Shown here: one piece after another, positions 33,539-42,699 of the stretch
Layout: each line of letters opens with the position of its first letter
Numbering within the stretch: the first letter of the stretch is position 1
Source of the DNA: Kiritimatiellia bacterium
GTDB lineage: Bacteria; Verrucomicrobiota; Kiritimatiellia; RFP12; UBA1067
Assembly: GCA_051884875.1 (NCBI GenBank)
Contig: JBJEWD010000020.1
Span: forward strand, 101,011 to 165,010
DNA: 64,000 nucleotides
Direction: 5' to 3'
Notes under the pieces: generated by a model
What the model was told of the DNA's origin: nothing
The model's database searches: none
The model's input: only the letters and a program-made list of their open reading frames with translations
Program-made: the position numbers and the translations under genes

Positions 33539-36500
33539 TTCGTCTGCGCCGGCTGCAGGGGCTGAACCTCGACCTTGAAGAACCTGCGGTTCGTCGTGCG
33601 CGACATGGTCTCCAGCTTAAGCTGCCCCGACGCTTCCTCGACCAGCTTAAAGGTCGACGGCTCCGCCACGAATGGATCGAGCAGCGAGTCCGCCGCCGTG
33701 ATTCCGTACCACAGCCCCTGCTTGGCGTTGACGACCCCTACCGCCAGCTTCGTCTGGCCCGAGGCGTCCGTGACGACGGTCAGCGGCGCGATGTCTTCCG
33801 CCACGGTGCCGATCTGCGGCACGGGCACGACATCGGGATCCAGCACCGCCGAAACGGTGAACGAGCCGGGGGAGGAGGCAAGGGGAGTCGCGACGAGCCG
33901 GAAGTAGGCGCGGTAATCCGCTTCGGCAAGGTCAGCGGCGGCGGACGGCACCTCGACGACCAGTGTCGCCGCCTCGAGCGCAGCCGCTTCGTTCTCCGCC
34001 TCCACCACGACCGATGCGGCCGGGGTGACCGGCGCGAGAACCACCGGCGTTCCATCCGACGCCGTGAGGGTCACGGGATCATCCGCCGCGCCCGCCGTGC
34101 CATTGCCGACGACTACCTGATCGGCCACCGTCAGCGCGGCTACCGTCACGCGGCGATCCGCCGTCACGTAGACCTCGCCCGCCGTACCGCCCTGAATGGC
34201 ATCGACGACCGTACCGGCGGGGAGCGTCATCGTGACGGGGCCACGTAACGTCCAGCCGGAGAGATCGACCGCCTCCGTATTCGTGTTGTAGATGATGACG
34301 GCCTGCGACGTGGCATCGTACGCGGCGCTGAAGCCGGGCTTGAGTTCGGACACGGGACTCTGGGCTTCGGGAATACCGGCGTTCCGCTGCGTGGCGTAGC
34401 CGATCTCCCATGCGGTATTCGTTGCCGCGTGGGTGACATAGAGATGGGTGCGGCGCGGCACGACGTAGTTGTTCCAAATGTCGTCGATGCCCTTGTCCAT
34501 CGTCGCCGGCCACGCGGTGCCCCAGACGTCGATGACACCCGTGTTCGACGAGGCGTGGGGCCACTTCACCGCGTCCAGTTCGGAGTCGGCGCGCATCAGT
34601 TCCGCCAGCTCGCGCATCTTGACCATGAACGGCACCTCCGTCTCGGACGTGCCCGGCGCCTTGAGTTCCTGATCCATCAGCGTGCGGAGACGACGCAGGT
34701 AGAGGCGGCGGAACTTCGCGTTCTGCCAGACGGCCTCGACGCCGTCGTTGCCGGTGTTCACGACCGTGCCGTAGGTGGCGGACGTATAGCAGCGGACGCG
34801 GTTGCCGCCGTAGAACGGATGGGACTTGAACCAGTCGTTGGTCGCCATAGCGCCCAGCTGGCCGAGGCCGCCGTCGCGGTAGTACTGGCCGAAGCACAGG
34901 TTCATGTCGTAGCCGAGCGGCATCCACGTGCCCGTGCCGCGCACGCCCTCCGTCATCTCGGGGTTGTCGTAGTAGATCGAGATATTCGCCCACACGTCGT
35001 CCATCTCCTGCGTGATGCGCGCGGAGGCGAGATAGTTGAGCCAGGCGGGAAGGTCGAACTTCTCGACGACGAATTTCGTCAGGTCTGCGTCATCAAGCCC
35101 ATTCGTATCCGCACCCGTCGTATCGCTCGACACATTCTGGGCCGCCGTGATCTTGGCGCGGAGTTCTTCCTGAAGGACGGTAGTATCGCTTTCGTTGCCA
35201 TCGTCCGGGGTCTTCTTCTCGATGCCGCCGGCGGTGGTGCCGGAAGCGCTTTTCAGCGTACCGACGTTCTTGTAGCTGTAGCCGTACTTGTCGAGCTTGT
35301 AGAAGTCTTCGATCAGCTCGTCCGAGAAGCGCTCGGAATGGAACGCCAGCTGGAAGAATTCGCCGTTCAGATTGCAGCGCACCGGGAAGTCGAACGGCAC
35401 TCTGTTGCCCATCTTGTTCCAGAGCCAGAACGCGACCATCTGGCGCATGTAGCTCGGATCCGCCGGCTCGCCGATCAGCGAACTCTTGCGTACTTCCTCG
35501 ATCATCTCGCCCGATACGACGTCCCGTATCGACAGCGGATGCGTCTTCGCGAAGCGGAGCCCGTGCGACTTCTTGGTGAACTTGGCCGAGGTGTGTCCGC
35601 GCAGATCGATGCGCACGTAGTCGTAGTAGTTGGAGGTCGACGAATCGTAAATCGCCACGCGCGCGTTGTGCGGCACGACGTCCAGGTCCTGGGAGTCGGC
35701 ATCGACGTCCATCTGCGCCAGCGAGGCGGAATCCGCGAAAAGATGCCAGGTCTGCAGCGTGGCGGAGGTCTGATCCGCCGACGGCTCGACGATCGTCCCG
35801 TACCACTCGTAGCCGTCATCCGGGTTGTTGAAGCTCGGCGTCGTCCAGACATTGCCCGACGCATCCGTGGCGACGAACTTCCACTGGACGAGATGACCCG
35901 CCGCCGGGAGGTCGTCGGCCGGAATCGCCGTCGTGTAGGTGTCGCCCCAGTCCTTCGAATCGGTCTTGAGCGTGGCGAGGTCTACTTCTATCTCCTTCTG
36001 CGTCGAATCGTCCAGATCACGGCGATAGACAAGTTTGATAGAGGTGAACTTGTCCTCATCACGCACGGCAGCGACCGAAGTCGGGTGCATCGTCGGATTG
36101 AGCGAGAAGGTGATCGGGTAGTCCTCGCCCGGTTGCGCCGGCGCGGCGACGCGGGCAAACTCGCTGGCGCTGTCGTGCTTCTTCTGATCCTTGCGCTCGT
36201 AGAGCGGACCCGCATTGGGGCCGAGCGCGACCAGCCCCGTCGCGGTGTTGGCCGTCCCGCGCGTGGGGGTCGCGGTCATCCAGCGCGTCGTGGCCTTGCC
36301 GTCCTCGACAGGATCGACGATAATCGAATAGCCGTCGGGGATGTCGCTCGGAATCACGACCGTGTCGACAATTGTTCCGGTTGGAGTGTGGACGAGACGC
36401 ACGAACGGGAACTTCTTGGGATTGATCTTGTCCGGCCAGACGAGGACGTTGTGGAGGTCGTCGCCGTAGAGTTTCGGATGGACACCCTCCGCTGCCGGCG

Positions 36501-37869
36501 TCGCCCACGCGCTCACCGACATATCGGCGCTGTTCGAGTAACGTTCGGAAGTGTAGAAGACGTAGCGCGAATGCGCAGGAATCGTGACGGACGGGAAGTT
36601 CCCGTACTTGTCTTCCGTCTTCTTCGACCGGTTGACGCGGAAAAACTGGTAGTCGGCAAGATCGATCGGGTCATCCGTCAGATTCTCCAGTTCGACCCAG
36701 CCGGACTCCAAACCGTTCGGATCCTTAGACGCCGCCGCATCGCTCGACTTGGGCATGATCTCGGAAATGCGCAGATAGGGGAGCCCGAGCGAATAGACCG
36801 TCCACTCGTCATCCGTCACCGACAGGATCTGACGGATCGTCTCGTCTGCGGCGGCCAGGATCTGACCCGACATCACGGCAGATGCCTCGATGCGCACCTT
36901 GCCCGCGTACAGCCGGGGCGAGCTTTTCCACGTGCCGTCGATCGTCAGCGTGCCCGCGCCGTATTTCGCCAGCTCCGCACCCTCGCCCGGGGTGACGTTT
37001 CCCGTCAGCACCGAATTCGCCCCCACGGTCAGGTTGCCCGAGGTGATCGTCCAGTCGGGAGAAATGATCTCGCCCGAAGACGCGGGGATCTCCAACGCCT
37101 CCTGCGCCGTCACGGCCGGATAGTCCGCAACGAGTCCCGCATACTGCGCGGCGGGCAGCGCGGACGTATCGTAGCAAAGCATCTTCAGCGGGATGAAGCC
37201 CACGCCGCGGGTGAGCGAGAGACCGCTGATGCCGCTCAAAACCGAACCGATCTGAATGCCTTTGGCGGAACTTGTCGTGAATGCCGCGTCCGCATGAACC
37301 TCGCCATCGTCAATCTGCAGCGAGGCGCCGGTTTCCGTGCTGAAGCGCACCGTGAAAAGGTGATAGCCGCGCACGGAGCCGGCACTGATCTTCCGGGAAA
37401 CGGTCGTCGTCAAACCCTCCACTTGCACAAGACAGATGTTCCCCGCATCATCCTTCACGAGTGCAGTTTTTGTCTCGCCCCGGGCGCCCATGCACCAGAT
37501 AACACCCAGCTGGCCGGTCTCCACGGTCATGCGATCGGCGCAGCCATAGGTGAGGAAGGTGAAGTCGGTCTTCACGGCCGCTTCACTCTTATAGGGAATC
37601 CACTTCTGCGACTCCTCCGTACCCTCGTACATGATGACGTGGGTGTCTCCCACCGCGCCATCCGGCATGACGACCTTGTGCTTCGGCCCCGACGTTTCGC
37701 CACCCCAGGTGGTAAACCACGTTCCCGTTGGATCCGATCCTGGCGTCCAATCAAAGCTTGCGGAAACCTCTTCGGCGACATCCTCGGCATCCGCCGAAGC
37801 CGTCCACGCCAACGCCACACACGCGCATGCGGCAAAACGCATACATGCGGGAACCGACAGACTTTTCAT
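33535..37869 (-). CDS. Giant secreted CotH-family kinase-like protein with two lamin-tail (LTD) domains
   Basis: Signal peptide MKSLSVPACMRFAACACVALAWTASA. LTD1 is LRISEIMPK...GWVELENLTDDPIDLADY. The CotH core is RGHTSAKFTKKSHGLRF...DDVWANISIYYD...WMPLGYDMNLCFG. LTD2 is IIYNTNTEAVDLSGWTLRG. Confidence 0.75.
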   Translation of the reverse strand: MKSLSVPACMRFAACACVALAWTASADAEDVAEEVSASFDWTPGSDPTGTWFTTWGGETSGPKHKVVMPDGAVGDTHVIMYEGTEESQKWIPYKSEAAVKTDFTFLTYGCADRMTVETGQLGVIWCMGARGETKTALVKDDAGNICLVQVEGLTTTVSRKISAGSVRGYHLFTVRFSTETGASLQIDDGEVHADAAFTTSSAKGIQIGSVLSGISGLSLTRGVGFIPLKMLCYDTSALPAAQYAGLVADYPAVTAQEALEIPASSGEIISPDWTITSGNLTVGANSVLTGNVTPGEGAELAKYGAGTLTIDGTWKSSPRLYAGKVRIEASAVMSGQILAAADETIRQILSVTDDEWTVYSLGLPYLRISEIMPKSSDAAASKDPNGLESGWVELENLTDDPIDLADYQFFRVNRSKKTEDKYGNFPSVTIPAHSRYVFYTSERYSNSADMSVSAWATPAAEGVHPKLYGDDLHNVLVWPDKINPKKFPFVRLVHTPTGTIVDTVVIPSDIPDGYSIIVDPVEDGKATTRWMTATPTRGTANTATGLVALGPNAGPLYERKDQKKHDSASEFARVAAPAQPGEDYPITFSLNPTMHPTSVAAVRDEDKFTSIKLVYRRDLDDSTQKEIEVDLATLKTDSKDWGDTYTTAIPADDLPAAGHLVQWKFVATDASGNVWTTPSFNNPDDGYEWYGTIVEPSADQTSATLQTWHLFADSASLAQMDVDADSQDLDVVPHNARVAIYDSSTSNYYDYVRIDLRGHTSAKFTKKSHGLRFAKTHPLSIRDVVSGEMIEEVRKSSLIGEPADPSYMRQMVAFWLWNKMGNRVPFDFPVRCNLNGEFFQLAFHSERFSDELIEDFYKLDKYGYSYKNVGTLKSASGTTAGGIEKKTPDDGNESDTTVLQEELRAKITAAQNVSSDTTGADTNGLDDADLTKFVVEKFDLPAWLNYLASARITQEMDDVWANISIYYDNPEMTEGVRGTGTWMPLGYDMNLCFGQYYRDGGLGQLGAMATNDWFKSHPFYGGNRVRCYTSATYGTVVNTGNDGVEAVWQNAKFRRLYLRRLRTLMDQELKAPGTSETEVPFMVKMRELAELMRADSELDAVKWPHASSNTGVIDVWGTAWPATMDKGIDDIWNNYVVPRRTHLYVTHAATNTAWEIGYATQRNAGIPEAQSPVSELKPGFSAAYDATSQAVIIYNTNTEAVDLSGWTLRGPVTMTLPAGTVVDAIQGGTAGEVYVTADRRVTVAALTVADQVVVGNGTAGAADDPVTLTASDGTPVVLAPVTPAASVVVEAENEAAALEAATLVVEVPSAAADLAEADYRAYFRLVATPLASSPGSFTVSAVLDPDVVPVPQIGTVAEDIAPLTVVTDASGQTKLAVGVVNAKQGLWYGITAADSLLDPFVAEPSTFKLVEEASGQLKLETMSRTTNRRFFKVEVQPLQPAQTN

Positions 37870-37915
37870 CCCATACCCCCCTTCTAAACTTGTGAAACCC
37901 ACAAACCGTGCCGCC

Positions 37916-37946
37916 ATTATACCATAAATGCAGAAGGAATAGGCAA
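37916..37946 (-). promoter_or_regulatory. Candidate extended -10 promoter (TGGTATAAT) for the CotH-like gene
   Basis: The minus strand reads TTGCCTattccttctgcatttaTGGTATAAT. The 19-nt spacer is long, but the extended -10 is good. Confidence 0.3.
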
Positions 37947-38040
37947 GCAAGCTGGAATTTACCCATTTTGGTGGAGCCTCCAGAAGCTATTGCAGGTTTA
38001 TCCTGCCCTTGCCCATTGAGAACCGCGCGAACAAAAATTC

Positions 38041-38088
38041 AACCAAATAAACAAAACGGGACTTCTGACGTGATGGTCAGGAGTCCCG
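38041..38088 (-). terminator. Rho-independent terminator downstream of the beta-helix gene
   Basis: The minus strand reads CGGGACTCCTGACC-ATCAC-GTCAGAAGTCCCG (12-13 bp stem with one G-U), followed by TTTTGTTTATTTGGTT. Confidence 0.7.
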
Positions 38089-38119
38089 ATTTGGTGTCAA
38101 TCCGCCAAAAACCGGGAAT

Positions 38120-41100
38120 TTAGCGGAGAATCAGACAGAAACCGGTTCCGCAGACGCGACCGTAGACCGAGACCGTACCGTCGGCGTGCTCTTCGGTGGT
38201 GAGGATGAGCTTACGCGCCTGGCCGCGCGGATAGACGGGCGCACCGACAATCTTCTGGGCGGTAAAGAGGCAGACCGACGTTCCAATCTCCCGCGTAAGC
38301 AGTTCCGCCGTGTCGACTTCGGAACCGTCCGCGAAGATGAGCGTTCCCTCGACCGTGAAGCCGTAGCCCGTCTTTCCCGTAATCGTCACATCCGCATTCC
38401 GGATCGTTCCCGCACCAGAAAGCGAAGCAAAGGAATACGCACCGCCCGCCATGTCAAGTGAGGCTCCCTCGTCAAAGGCGAGCGTGCCGCCTTGAATGCG
38501 ACGATAACCGTCACTGACCCCGCGAAGCCATTTTGCGCGCAGGTAATCGCGAACAGCCATTTGCTCATCTTCCGTCAAGGCCTTGTCGAAGAGCATCGCC
38601 TCGCACATCTCGCCCGAACTCGGGGAGTTCCACAAGTGGCGCATACCGACATAGAACTTGGTACCCGCCGGCGTGTCCAGCCCCGCACTCGTCGCCGAAT
38701 CGGCTGTAATGACCCCGGTCTCACGTCCTTCCCAAAGGCCCGCGATCGTCTTGTCCTTAGCCGTCATGATCTGTATGGCGATATCGTCAGCCGGTGTCGA
38801 TGTCGGCAAATCGGTTGATGTGCCAGGACCGTTTCCATAGGTATATTTGAGGCCATACGCATTGAGCTCGACGCGGAAGGCACCGCATGCACCGTTCCAC
38901 ATCTCAGGATCGAGACCGCCCGGGAAAAACTGATTGTCAAACTCCATTTCCCCGTCGCCATTCACGTGGGAATAGCGGTTCTGAATCCGCCGGTCCACAA
39001 AAACGAGCGTACGGTCGGCATCGCCGGAAATCCCGGCGGCTTCTTTCGTCACGAGGCCAAACGAATATTCAAGGGACAGGATGGAACGAGCCGTCTCGGC
39101 CTGTACCTTCAGCAAGGGTTTCCGATTCTCTTTATCATGCAGCTCCAAATCAAGGCTGGCGCCCGCCACACCCTTATTCGCGAGAGCTGTCAGATATCCC
39201 TCACCATCGACCGTGACCGTTCCCCGATCATCAAAGTCGTACCAGCCTTTCGCCGTTTTCACCACCTCGGGAACCGCGACCACACCACGCGGCGCTTGAA
39301 CCCCTGTGACGAGGATCGTAACCGATTGCGCACCAAGCGACGAAAAATCAGGAAGATCGTCTGAATAGGGAGCAATCACATCGGTATCCGCCGTCGGAAG
39401 AGCTTCTGCCGTCTGACCACTCTCCGTAATGGCCGACCAGTTCGCGGGATTGTCAAGATCGTTGTCTCCGGCACCATTCGTCCATGTCGCCGAGACAATC
39501 TTCTCGCGCGTAGCCGTCACTTCATAGGTATTGCCGCCCAAATCGTTCCACGCGAGTCGGTAAAGCCCGTCCGCCGAGAAATTCGCCGTCTGGGCGCTGC
39601 CGAGCGCAACCTTGATCGTACAAGTCCCTTCACCCGTGATCACCGGCGCGACTAGGCAGCCTTGGTTCTCGGAATGCAGAAGCGTCAGGACACCCTCCGA
39701 CGGGACGATGGAGAGTTTGCCGACGAGCTTGTTGCCAATCGACACCGCCTTGCCATTCGTATCAAAGGCAATCCCGTTTCCGCCGAGCGTCAGGTCATCA
39801 AGGCCTACGAAGTAATTGCCGGTATCATTGAGTGCCCGGAACGTACCTCCCCGGAAATCGAACGTTCCGCCCTTCTCCAGCCAGCAATGCAAGTGATCGG
39901 CAATAATCGTTCCGCCCGAAACCGTCAGTTTGGCCGGATTGATTTCAGCGATATAAATGGCGCTGTCCGTATAGATTTCACCCGATTTGAGAACGACCTC
40001 GCTCACCGTCGCCGACGAACCGAGCGTCCCGATTGTGAAATTTCCCGTACCGTTCGACTTGTTCGTCACGACGCCACCATCGACCTCAAGACAGGCGTAA
40101 GATTTGTTTCCCTCATCACCATGATTTGAACGTCCGACACAGAACCAGGCGTTTTCATTGTAGATGCAACCCCCCTTCACATAAACACGCGCCGTTGTAT
40201 TCGAGTTGTCGCACAGACGAAATTCCTTGCCCGAGGCCAGTTCGAGGCGTCCGCCCGTCATTTCAAGGATGCCGGTGGAATTCACTCCCGCGCCGACGCA
40301 GACCGTATCTTCGGCCTGAACCAATCCTCCGGAAATCCTCAGCGTCCCCTGGGCGCCGAGTTTAACCAGATCGGGCGGCAGCCCCTGTTCTTCATTGCCA
40401 CCAAACACATTGTCCGACGCGCCAATTCCAATCCATTTGCACGCCACGGTTCCCGCTTCCACCGAGAGGACACCGGTCGTATTCGTTCCCGCGCCGATCC
40501 GGAGATCGCCCGCGCAGGACAAATGGCCGCCTTCCAGATTCCGAAACTCGCCCGTCGACCCGTTGTCACTGCCGAGACGCAGACCCGAACTACACGTGAA
40601 CGTACCCGCATTGTAGACAAGTCCCGTCGTGTTCGCCTCGCTACCGATGCGCGTGGTGTGCGCATCGATATATGTGCCGTTATTGCTCAACTCGCCATAG
40701 GTCTTAGGCGTCGAGCCGATGCGACCGCCTCCTGTCTCTACCTCAAGCGTCGCACCTTTGGCGATATTGACGTATCCGTGCGACCCGGAGTTCCATCCGA
40801 GATTCAAGGTATGATACCAAACGTCATTGTCAAGCTCCGTCTTCCCGGAATTGATGTTGAGTATGCCCGTGCCGCCATCGCGGCCGACATGAATCGTCTT
40901 GAGCATCTGATCGCCGTCAATATTCATCACGCCGATACTCGCCTCGCCGAGGCCAATCATGATCTCGTCCGGCGGCGTGAGGGCCGTTCCCGTAAGGTTC
41001 AGCACGCCTTTGCCGCCATTTCCGATCCTCACGCATCCTTCGACCGCAAGCGAGCCGCCCGTCAGATTGACAACATTCGTCGATTTGCCATAAGTGCCGA

Positions 41101-41635
41101 TATTAAAGCTGTCATTCACCGCAATCACACCACCCGTCAAGTTCAGAATACTCGTTTTAGGATGGTCCTGCTTCCCCGCGCTGGCCGCGCAATCGCCCAT
41201 CTTCAGAGAACTTACCCAGAGTTTGCCACCCGAGACCGTGAGAATAGAATCGTAGAAATCGGCATAGCTGCCGCCGATCCACAATTCATTTTCAACCGTC
41301 ATCTCGCCGCCGCGGATCTCAAGTTCGGCTCCGCAATCGAACGACGTGCTGTACGCCCAAGCGCCCTCGCTATTCACACCATACCCATGGCCGACATAGA
41401 ATGGCAAGGTGGTCGTGAAACTCTCGTCGGCGGCAAGCGTGGCCACCACGTTCGTATTGATCATGTAGATATCCCGAGCACCGGTTCCCTCTGGGGATGC
41501 CCAGTTTGCCGACGTCGCAATCGACGCATCTCCCTCCGACGGCGCAAAAACGCGCACTTCGGCGCGGACGGACAGGAACGCGGGAACAGCCGCAGCCGCA
41601 AACGCGGCGAAAATCTTACGAACCCTTGTTGCCAT
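38120..41635 (-). CDS. Giant secreted beta-helix protein (autotransporter-associated beta-strand/PATR-like repeats) with a C-terminal LamG/ConA-like domain
   Basis: Signal peptide MATRVRKIFAAFAAAAVPAFLSVRA. Repeats are of the type LNLTGGxLxV..xxIGxxGxGxLNI. The LamG-like end is MCEAMLFDKALTEDEQMAVRDYLRAKW. Confidence 0.7.
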   Translation of the reverse strand: MATRVRKIFAAFAAAAVPAFLSVRAEVRVFAPSEGDASIATSANWASPEGTGARDIYMINTNVVATLAADESFTTTLPFYVGHGYGVNSEGAWAYSTSFDCGAELEIRGGEMTVENELWIGGSYADFYDSILTVSGGKLWVSSLKMGDCAASAGKQDHPKTSILNLTGGVIAVNDSFNIGTYGKSTNVVNLTGGSLAVEGCVRIGNGGKGVLNLTGTALTPPDEIMIGLGEASIGVMNIDGDQMLKTIHVGRDGGTGILNINSGKTELDNDVWYHTLNLGWNSGSHGYVNIAKGATLEVETGGGRIGSTPKTYGELSNNGTYIDAHTTRIGSEANTTGLVYNAGTFTCSSGLRLGSDNGSTGEFRNLEGGHLSCAGDLRIGAGTNTTGVLSVEAGTVACKWIGIGASDNVFGGNEEQGLPPDLVKLGAQGTLRISGGLVQAEDTVCVGAGVNSTGILEMTGGRLELASGKEFRLCDNSNTTARVYVKGGCIYNENAWFCVGRSNHGDEGNKSYACLEVDGGVVTNKSNGTGNFTIGTLGSSATVSEVVLKSGEIYTDSAIYIAEINPAKLTVSGGTIIADHLHCWLEKGGTFDFRGGTFRALNDTGNYFVGLDDLTLGGNGIAFDTNGKAVSIGNKLVGKLSIVPSEGVLTLLHSENQGCLVAPVITGEGTCTIKVALGSAQTANFSADGLYRLAWNDLGGNTYEVTATREKIVSATWTNGAGDNDLDNPANWSAITESGQTAEALPTADTDVIAPYSDDLPDFSSLGAQSVTILVTGVQAPRGVVAVPEVVKTAKGWYDFDDRGTVTVDGEGYLTALANKGVAGASLDLELHDKENRKPLLKVQAETARSILSLEYSFGLVTKEAAGISGDADRTLVFVDRRIQNRYSHVNGDGEMEFDNQFFPGGLDPEMWNGACGAFRVELNAYGLKYTYGNGPGTSTDLPTSTPADDIAIQIMTAKDKTIAGLWEGRETGVITADSATSAGLDTPAGTKFYVGMRHLWNSPSSGEMCEAMLFDKALTEDEQMAVRDYLRAKWLRGVSDGYRRIQGGTLAFDEGASLDMAGGAYSFASLSGAGTIRNADVTITGKTGYGFTVEGTLIFADGSEVDTAELLTREIGTSVCLFTAQKIVGAPVYPRGQARKLILTTEEHADGTVSVYGRVCGTGFCLILR

Positions 41636-41724
41636 AGACATACCCTCCCTTGGTTTGTGCCCATATTCTATCACTTCATCCCGATCGGAAGCACCTACCC
41701 GAACGGGTAAGCGTAGACCCGGAA

Positions 41725-42696
41725 TTAGCGAATGTCAGCCCACCAGGGAATCTGGTGGATCTTGCCATCGGGGGCGAAGGTCATCTCCGTCACGTGGACG
41801 CTGCGACGTTCGGCATGCGGAGCTCCGGGCGATGTGCGACGATAGCGGATATAGCTGAAGCCGAAGCACCACCACTTGCCGTTGAATTCGACGATGCCCG
41901 GATGATTTCCGCTTGAGCGTACATCATGGTCCATGATATGTCCGCCATAGGTCCACGGCCCTGTGGGCGAGAGACCGTAGGAGTAGCCAATTCCCTCGGG
42001 ACAGCACGTCGAGGCATAGGCCATGTAATACAGGCTGCCGCGCTTGAACGCCCAAGGACCTTCCTGGTAGTCCTGGAGCTTCGGAAAGGCCTTCACGCCG
42101 TTTTCGCCAAACGACTTGTCGTAGCTGATCATATCCTTATTGAGCTTGACGCAAAACAGTCGGGGATTGCCCCAATAGAGCCAGGCCTGTCCGTCATCGT
42201 CAATAAGGCACGTCGGGTCAATGTCATACCCGTAAGAAGAATCGCCCGGCTGACGAACAAAAAGCGGTTTGCCGAGCGGGTCGACGAACGGACCCTCCGG
42301 ACGGTCCGACACCAGCACGCCGATGGCCATACACCAGTCCTGACGTCTGTCGAGACACGTCGTGTAGAGATAGTACTTGCCATTCCGCTTGACGCATTGC
42401 GCGGCCCACGCCGAATCTGGACGTCCCCACGTGTAGTTTCGATCGGGTGCGGCCACAGCCCCATGCGCCGTCCAGTTCGTCATATCCTTTGATGAATAGA
42501 GCAACCACTCCGGCATCTTGAAGCCCTTCGCATCATCCGCGTCGTGGCCGCAATAAAGGTACACCGTATCACCATCCACCAACGGCGCCGGATCAGCGGT
42601 ATACGCATCATCAATGATCGGATTGTTTCCTAATGCCGCCGCCGCATGGGCCAGCGAACCAATCAGCAGCGTAACACAGGCGAGAACGGTTTTCAC
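41725..42696 (-). CDS. Glycoside hydrolase family 43 (secreted; arabinofuranosidase/xylosidase type)
   Basis: Signal peptide. NPIIDDAYTADPAPLVDGDTVYLY..., ...DPTCLIDDDGQAWLYWGN..., ...EGPWAFKRGSLYYMAY are five-bladed propeller signatures. Confidence 0.85.
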   Translation of the reverse strand: MKTVLACVTLLIGSLAHAAAALGNNPIIDDAYTADPAPLVDGDTVYLYCGHDADDAKGFKMPEWLLYSSKDMTNWTAHGAVAAPDRNYTWGRPDSAWAAQCVKRNGKYYLYTTCLDRRQDWCMAIGVLVSDRPEGPFVDPLGKPLFVRQPGDSSYGYDIDPTCLIDDDGQAWLYWGNPRLFCVKLNKDMISYDKSFGENGVKAFPKLQDYQEGPWAFKRGSLYYMAYASTCCPEGIGYSYGLSPTGPWTYGGHIMDHDVRSSGNHPGIVEFNGKWWCFGFSYIRYRRTSPGAPHAERRSVHVTEMTFAPDGKIHQIPWWADIR

Positions 42697-42699
42697 GGA

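Noticed and set aside
38120-38150. The C-terminal GTGFCLILR tail of the beta-helix protein as a novel sorting signal.
   Set aside because: There is only a single occurrence. The other secreted proteins in the window end differently. It is kept only as a note within a low-interest finding.
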